A stretch of DNA of 55,462 nt. Origin: Rubrobacter sp. GTDB taxonomy: Bacteria; Actinomycetota; Rubrobacteria; Rubrobacterales; Rubrobacteraceae. Shown piece after piece: positions 49,783 through 55,462 of this stretch (position 1 is its first letter; each line of letters opens with the position of its first letter). The position numbers were made by a program, and so were the translations under genes. The stretch is from positions 1 to 55,462 of the forward strand of contig DATDKB010000177.1 in assembly GCA_036520255.1 (NCBI GenBank). Direction: 5' to 3'. The notes beneath the pieces are model-generated. The model was not told the DNA's origin. It made no database searches and saw only the letters and a program-made list of their open reading frames with translations.

Positions 49783-50441
49783 TCAACTCGCGGCCAGCTC
49801 GTGCTCCGGGCAATCGGTCCTCAGTTCGGAGCCTGCGAGCGGCACGTCCAGCAGCCCGCAGTGGTGTGACGAATCTTCGCCAGGGTGGGCATCCGGACGA
49901 AAGAACCGACAAGTAACGCACATCCTCGCTACGGATATCATGCTGGACTTCTGAAGGGAGAGCCGATCAGGTCCATAAGGAAGCGCATCACCACCTCCTT
50001 CTCCTCGGGGGAACGGCCCGTTAGGTGCTCCTCGACGACGTTCGCCCAGGCAGCGAGCTCACGTGTCGTGTACTCCCCAGCGGGGGTCAGGCATAGCGTC
50101 GTGACGCGCATGTCGTGCGGCCAAGGCTCCCTGCGAATCAAACCCTTCTCCTCCAGCGAACCGACAGCGTCGCTCACCGTGGCCCGGGTGAGATCGAACT
50201 CCCTGGCGAGTTGGCTTACGCGCCGGAGTGCGGGGCCGTGATGGAGCAGGTGGACGAGGAACAGGGCTTGTATAGGGCTCAGACCGTACCCCTGTGCCTC
50301 CCCGCGGAGGAGGACCCGGAAGACCTGGGAGAGCCTTTCGAGCGAGGCGACGATCTTCTTGCCCACATCGCCGTGCTGAGAGGACGGCTCGAAGACAGAC
50401 CGGCGCGTTCCCCCCGCAGAGCGCCCCCGCCTTACGCCCAA
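49783..50441 (-). pseudogene. MarR-family winged-helix regulator with a Cys-rich C-terminal tail, frameshifted near 49960
   Basis: LSPIQ...LAREFDLTRATVSDAVGSLEEKGLI; the shifted frame continues SLQKSSMISVARMCVTCRFF...HHCGLLD...DCPEH to a stop at 49783. Confidence 0.8.
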
Positions 50442-50442
50442 G

Positions 50443-51039
50443 CTAGTAATCCCCTTCCTTCGAGTACGGTTGAGCCCACAGGGCGACCTGCAGCGTTACC
50501 GACTTGAACCAGGCGTCGTGCATCTTCTCGACCTCTTCGGCGGAGTGGCCCCCCTTGGCGAGGAACTGCTTGATGGTCGCCGTGATCGGGTAGACGAAGG
50601 CGACCACGTAGCGCAACGGGATGTGCTCCGGGGTCTCCTGTGCTTCGTCTGTCCGGTTCTTCTTGGCGCGCGTGTGGCGCAGGGCGATCTCCTGCTGGTA
50701 GTCGAGCCACTGCTGGTCGTAGGGTCGCCGGCAGGTATCCAAGACCCACCGCGTGAAGCGTTCGCGAACCCTCTCGAGGTAGCGCGCGTTCGGTTCTACG
50801 CCACGGTCGGCGAAGTAGCGGATCAGGTGCGGGTGCGACCCGACGAAGCCATACCAGAGGTCCAAGACCTCGTCGAGCTGATCCTCCAAGACGTCGCCCG
50901 CCAATCTTAGGTACTCTTGGTCTTCGTCGGTGAAGAGGACCGTCTGCTTGAGCAGATCCAGGTCTTCGAGATCGAGCGGCGACCGGGCCGTCTCCTGCGC
51001 GCCGAAACCGTATCCGGGGATTGCCCCTGCCTCAGCCAT
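50443..51039 (-). CDS. Single-domain protoglobin
   Basis: IPGY.FG N-terminus, LLKQTVLFT.ED, WYGFVGSHPHL, IALRH...KNRTD, HIPLRY, ALWAQPY. Confidence 0.92.
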   Translation of the reverse strand: MAEAGAIPGYGFGAQETARSPLDLEDLDLLKQTVLFTDEDQEYLRLAGDVLEDQLDEVLDLWYGFVGSHPHLIRYFADRGVEPNARYLERVRERFTRWVLDTCRRPYDQQWLDYQQEIALRHTRAKKNRTDEAQETPEHIPLRYVVAFVYPITATIKQFLAKGGHSAEEVEKMHDAWFKSVTLQVALWAQPYSKEGDY

Positions 51040-51081
51040 TTGCGCCTCCCTCTTCTTCTCCCGGCCAGCAATCCGGCCACG

Positions 51082-51100
51082 TTGTTAGGAATCCTAACAA
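51082..51100. promoter_or_regulatory. Perfect 9-1-9 palindromic operator upstream of the protoglobin-MarR operon
   Basis: TTGTTAGGA-A-TCCTAACAA. Confidence 0.8.
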
Positions 51101-51425
51101 TATAGTAGTTGCCGATACTGATCAAGGGATTTTGACCCCGCGATTGCGTCTTGGAGCAAGCCGCGGAGGACACGAAGCCTCCCGTCTCTCCTTCGCTTAG
51201 TCCGCCTATTCGCGAGGCTCGCAACCGCAGCTAACAAGCGATCCTCATCTCCATCGCACCTTCCGCGTCGAAGCGTATGCTAAGTGGTAAAGCCGGTGTC
51301 GAAATCGGCGTCGGCCGACGCGGGGTCGGTCGCGACAACGGCCTCCGGCGACGCCCCCGACATAGCCGAAGATAACTAAGCGGGTTTGCTAAAAAGGTGG
51401 CCGTGCGCAGGAGGAGGGCAAGAAG

Positions 51426-51608
51426 ATGTCGGTGACGCCGATATCATCCGAGCGGTGTGGTCACGTGGCACCCATGGTCATCGAGCCGACGGAGGGCGAA
51501 TACACTGCCCGCTGCCTCAGGTGTGGGACCACGGGGCCTGAGCGGGCATCGTCGGGAGAAGCACGAGGGGCGCTGTTGGAGTTGGGGAGGAGGAGCCGCC
51601 GGAGGTAG
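51426..51608 (+). CDS. Small zinc-ribbon-like hypothetical protein
   Basis: CGH...CLRCGTTGP; AGGAGG RBS. Confidence 0.55.
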   Translation: MSVTPISSERCGHVAPMVIEPTEGEYTARCLRCGTTGPERASSGEARGALLELGRRSRRR

Positions 51609-51685
51609 TCTCCGCCTCCTCGCAGGCCTCGCGCCTTGGCCTCATGCCCATGTGGGGTTAGAGGAGGGCGTCGAGCGCCGCTAGC

Positions 51686-51856
51686 CTAGGCTCCTTCTTC
51701 CTTCTTGGCCGTCCGTGCTTCGCGGGCCATCGTCAACAACCGGTCCATGTGCAAAGTCCGTAAGGAGTAGGGCATCTCCTCGCGTCCGACGAAGCTCATC
51801 AAGTCATCGAGACGTCTTATGTACTCACGTAGCGCCTCGTCCTCGGTCATCTTCAT
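51686..51856 (-). CDS. Small hypothetical protein
   Basis: 56-aa helical ORF MKMTEDEALREYIRRLDDL... Confidence 0.45.
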   Translation of the reverse strand: MKMTEDEALREYIRRLDDLMSFVGREEMPYSLRTLHMDRLLTMAREARTAKKEEGA

Positions 51857-51920
51857 ACGGCTAGTATAGCTGCCGAGGGGTATCATGCGGCCACAAGGAA
51901 CATCATCGCCGGAGGGTTGT

Positions 51921-53429
51921 GTGGCTACCGAATATCGCTCCATAGAAGAGGCCGTTAGGGGCATTAGAGCGAGTACCTACGAGATCCAAACTGAGAGCAG
52001 GCTCGCCTACAGCGGCTTAAAGCGGGAGCAGAACATCACTGAGATCCTGGAGAAGTACGCCTGGCTTTACAATCTCGAGACCGTGCGGCGTGTCGAGGAG
52101 GCGTACCGCGCGGAGACCGATCCAGAGAACAAGGAGCGACTGCGCCGGGTCTACTACTATCTGCTCGAAGGCCATATAGGGCAGCAAACCGCTCCCCTGG
52201 AGGACGCGCTAGTGTCCTTCGAGGCGGGCGCTACCGTAGAGGTCGCCGGGGAGAGCATCCCATACCACGACGTGCCCGTACTGATCGCCAGCGAGCACGA
52301 CTTCGAGAGGCGCAACAGACTGCGGGAGGCCTCGCTTGGCGTGGTCGAGGAGACCAACCCAAGGCGTCTGGAGATCTTGCGCACTGACCTGACGACGCTC
52401 GCAGATGAATTCGGCCACGACAGCTATACAGCCTACAATGCGGAGAAGAAACAGATCGACTACGCTCTCCTGCGCTCGCGCATGGAGGGCTTCCTTTTGG
52501 AGACGGAAGAGATCTACGCGACACTGATGGGCCGGTGGGTGGAGGGGACGACAAGCCGGAGACTGGGTGAGATCGGCAGCCACCATTTCTCCTACATAAG
52601 CCGCGTGCCCCAGTACGACAAGTACTTCCGCAAGGACAGGCTCCTCGAGGCCTACGAGCGGACGCTCCTGGGGATGGGCCTCGACCCTACCTCGGATAAC
52701 ATCCACATCGACACGGCAGAGCGTCCCACCAAGAACCCCAGGGCTCGCTGCTACGCTCCAGATCCTCCGAAAGAGGTACACCTGCTGATCAAGCCGGTCG
52801 GCGGCTTAGAAGACTACATGGCCTTCTTCCACGAGGCGGGACACGCGCAACACTTCGGCAATGAGGATCCCGCGCTAGATTACGTCGAACGCGCCGTGTC
52901 CACGAGCAACGCCCTCACCGAGATATACAGCTTCCTCCTTGAGCACCTCACCCAGAACAGGGTGTGGCTCACCGGGGTCGTCGGCTTGCCGGAGGAAACC
53001 GCGAGAGGGGTAGCGTACCACGCGAGGCTCGCGGAGCTCTTCTTGGTACGTCGCTACGCGGCCAAGCTCGGCTACGAGCTCGACTTCTTCGAGGACCCCC
53101 TCGAGGAGGGGCGCAACCGTGAGCTCTACGCCGCGACCCTATCGGGGGCGACCCGCTTCTTGTACGCCCCCCAGAACTACCTGAACGACATGGATCCCGG
53201 CTACTACTCCGCCGACTATCTGAGGGCGTGGATAACCGAATCGATGCTGTGCCACTATCTGGAGCACGCTTACGGGGAGGCCTGGTTCGCCACGCCCGAG
53301 GCGGGCACTTTCCTGCGCAGCCTCTGGGCCACCGGGGAGAGCAAGGAGAGCGAGGACGTGGTCCGCATGATCGGGTACGAGCCGTTAGACACCAGCTTCC
53401 TCGTCGGGGAGTTCCTCGACCTCGGGTAG
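51921..53429 (+). CDS. Element-borne gluzincin (M3/M2-like) zinc metallopeptidase, intact
   Basis: KNPRARC, FHEAGHAQH (HExxH), downstream ALTEIYS Glu ligand, YYSADYLRAW; GGAGG RBS before GTG 51921. Confidence 0.85.
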   Translation: MATEYRSIEEAVRGIRASTYEIQTESRLAYSGLKREQNITEILEKYAWLYNLETVRRVEEAYRAETDPENKERLRRVYYYLLEGHIGQQTAPLEDALVSFEAGATVEVAGESIPYHDVPVLIASEHDFERRNRLREASLGVVEETNPRRLEILRTDLTTLADEFGHDSYTAYNAEKKQIDYALLRSRMEGFLLETEEIYATLMGRWVEGTTSRRLGEIGSHHFSYISRVPQYDKYFRKDRLLEAYERTLLGMGLDPTSDNIHIDTAERPTKNPRARCYAPDPPKEVHLLIKPVGGLEDYMAFFHEAGHAQHFGNEDPALDYVERAVSTSNALTEIYSFLLEHLTQNRVWLTGVVGLPEETARGVAYHARLAELFLVRRYAAKLGYELDFFEDPLEEGRNRELYAATLSGATRFLYAPQNYLNDMDPGYYSADYLRAWITESMLCHYLEHAYGEAWFATPEAGTFLRSLWATGESKESEDVVRMIGYEPLDTSFLVGEFLDLG

Positions 53430-53520
53430 AGGAACTTCGCAACGATCTTCCGTCACCGGCGTTTGCCCCCGCCTCCGGTGGTCACCCGGGAGCTGACATG
53501 GTCGCTTTGGGTATCTTTTT

Positions 53521-53546
53521 GGTAAGCACGGAGGGCCGTTCTTTCA
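53521..53546. other. Right att junction
   Basis: GGTAAGCACGga-GG-gCCGTTCTTTCA. Confidence 0.85.
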
Positions 53547-54420
53547 CAGGGCGCCCGACGTTGCCGGCATCGACCTCGACCGGTACTTCGAGGGCAGGGA
53601 CCTCGAGGCCCTGACCAGAAAGACCTTCGATCGGCCGGGGCTCGACGTGCGGGGTGTGCTCTCCAGGAGCGATCTCTACGAGAGGGAGGGCAAGAGCCAG
53701 CACGCCTTCTGCACCCGCATCGGCCGCGAGTACCCCTACTACGTGCGCGTGCTCGCCAACGCCAGGCCCGACGCCTACTGGATGGACGCGATGCTCCACG
53801 AGTTCGGCCACGCCGCCTACGATAGGCACGTCAACCCGAGGCTCCCCTACCTCCTGCGCAGCTACGCCCGCGCCAACACCACCGAGGCCATCGCCCTCAT
53901 GATAAGCCCGCTGGTCGACGGCCCTGGCTGGCTCAGCTCCGTCGCCGGCGCAAACAGGGAAGATCTGGACAGAGACGCCGAAAAGCTAGCGGCGCACCGC
54001 CGGGTAGACAGGATGATCCTCACCCGTTTCGTGCTCGTCATGTACCACTTCGAGCAGGCGCTCCACGCAGACCCTGATAGCGAGGAGTTGAACTCGGTGT
54101 GGTGGGACCTGGTCAAAAGGTTCCTCTACGTGGACCCTCTACCGGGGCGAGACGAGCCCGACTGGGCAGCGGTCATCCACGTCGCCGTCGCCCCCGTCTA
54201 CCACCACAACTGCATGCTTGGGCAGTTGATCTCGGCCCAGCTAAGGAACTACCTGGAGTCCCACATAACGCAAGGCCCCTTCTACGACAACGAGGTCGCC
54301 GGCCGCTACCTTCTCGAATCGTTCTTCGGCCCCGGCGCCCGCGAGAACTGGCGTGACACCCTCCTACGCGCTACCGGAGAGCCGCTGAACCCCGAGCACT
54401 TCGTAAAGGCGCTCGCCTAG
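53533..54420 (+). pseudogene. 3' part of the interrupted host M2/M3-type metallopeptidase
   Basis: GPFFHRAPDVAGIDLDRYF...SDLYEREGKSQHAFC...LHEFGH...TTEAIA...PVYHHN...RATGEPL; open from 53533 in frame with ORF 53647-54420. Confidence 0.9.
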
Positions 54421-55379
54421 CGGCCCATCCGGACTGGGATCTCGACGCCCTCGAAGGTGCCGTCGCGGGCGCTCCCGGTTCCGACCCTGAGTTTGCCCCG
54501 TCCCGAGAATGAGGGGAGGTCGAGGGTGGCTTCGAAGTATCCCCAGGTGTGGCTCCAGTCGTTACTCCCAACGGTCCTGCGCACCAGGATTTTTCCGCGC
54601 GGGCCGATCAGGGTGATGGTGTTCGCCGCCCCGGGGTTGCGGGAGTAGCCGTTTACGGTGAGGGGGTCGGAAATTACGGAGTTCGGACGAGGCTCGATGA
54701 GAACCGTGTCCCCGCCCTGCGCCGGGGGCGCTACGTTCTGGTCTTCTGCCGCCGGCTTGAAGTCCAAGATCAGTCGGGCCGGATCTTCCAATCCGAGCAC
54801 CCTGTAGCGGAAAGGTTTGCGCGCGAGGAAATCCACGAACATGCCGTCGTCGGGGGCGCGCACGACGTGGAAGCTTCCGAGCAACCCTTCTCCGAACTTG
54901 CCGCCTGAGACGCACGTAGCGTTCGCCGAAGGCAGGTCCACGCGCATCAGCCCGTCGCCTTCCGGGCTGGTCAGGGTCCAATCGGGCATAGTCCCGGCGG
55001 GTGCCTCGCCGGTGCCGAGATCTATAACCGCCCGCTCGTAGTCACGGTGAACCCCGTAACGCACCGCGAGCACCGTGTCTGCGTCGTAGCCCGAACCACC
55101 GCTGTCCGCGGTTTTCTCGCCGAACGTGACGTGTGAAGACACGCCTGCCGCCTCGGCGAGGTCTCCGTCGATGTGGGAGACCCCGACCGTGGATTCAGGC
55201 ACCCCGCCGGAAAGGCTCTTCCTCGACGTCTCCACGGCATCGGACGCGGTGCCGGCAGACGCCCCCACGTTTCGAACGGCCTTACCAGCATCCAGGCAGC
55301 TGGCGAGGAGCGCGGCCGACACCAGCGAGAGCAGCAGTAGGGCGGAGATCCGCCTCATCTCCCGCCCCCGCCGGGCCAT
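54417..55379 (-). CDS. Predicted lipoprotein with AMIN-like and Gmad2 immunoglobulin-like domains
   Basis: Lipobox LLASC; VRYGVHRDYERAVID; PARLILD; C-terminal PLTVNGYSR...WGYFEATL. Confidence 0.75.
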   Translation of the reverse strand: MARRGREMRRISALLLLSLVSAALLASCLDAGKAVRNVGASAGTASDAVETSRKSLSGGVPESTVGVSHIDGDLAEAAGVSSHVTFGEKTADSGGSGYDADTVLAVRYGVHRDYERAVIDLGTGEAPAGTMPDWTLTSPEGDGLMRVDLPSANATCVSGGKFGEGLLGSFHVVRAPDDGMFVDFLARKPFRYRVLGLEDPARLILDFKPAAEDQNVAPPAQGGDTVLIEPRPNSVISDPLTVNGYSRNPGAANTITLIGPRGKILVRRTVGSNDWSHTWGYFEATLDLPSFSGRGKLRVGTGSARDGTFEGVEIPVRMGR

Positions 55380-55462
55380 GCTCGCGCGTTCACGTTCACA
55401 TAAAGGTATTCGGTCATCGGCGCGGGCTATTGTAGGGGAATACGCTTTGCAAGATGCTTAAC

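Larger units (their letters stand above)
42942..53534. mobile_element. ~10.6 kb integrative element with a large serine recombinase, inserted in the peptidase gene
   Basis: Shared AGG at both ends (42941-42943; 53532-53534), internal inverted arms CGTGCTTTCC / GGTAAGCACG, in-frame rejoining of the split gene, recombinase and primase genes inside. Confidence 0.9.

Noticed and set aside
42942-53534. Calling the element a prophage or ICE
   Set aside because: No structural, packaging, lysis, relaxase or conjugation genes recognised
1-55462. CRISPR array, tRNA or rRNA genes
   Set aside because: No regularly spaced 25-40 bp repeats and no tRNA/rRNA-like sequence recognised by eye; a covariance search was not possible

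Overview
GC-rich bacterial chromosomal segment; gene content and style suggest an actinomycete, probably Rubrobacter-like (inference only). The first ~42 kb is housekeeping and accessory metabolism: methyltransferases, a TetR/VOC/epoxide hydrolase/AlkZ-like operon, PduO, an F420 LLM oxidoreductase, gluQ, yqeC, larC, a YgfZ-like protein, a sufCBD-Rieske-GFA-sufU operon, a cardiolipin-synthase-like PLD, queG and a J-domain protein, plus many gene remnants. The main discovery is a ~10.6 kb large-serine-recombinase element (42942-53534) inserted precisely inside a host M2/M3-type metallopeptidase gene. Joining the two ends at a shared (A)GG core restores one in-frame peptidase (...PWHLS-G-PFFHRAP...) and creates a symmetric attP (GGTAAGCACG-ga-GG-cg-CGTGCTTTCC). 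The element carries its own divergent HExxH peptidase next to the att site, a possible replacement for the gene it disrupts. Its recombinase ORF reads across the att site, so the enzyme has different C-termini in the integrated and excised states. It also carries a decayed primase/helicase module and a protoglobin plus Cys-tailed MarR cargo. No rRNA, tRNA or CRISPR array was recognised.
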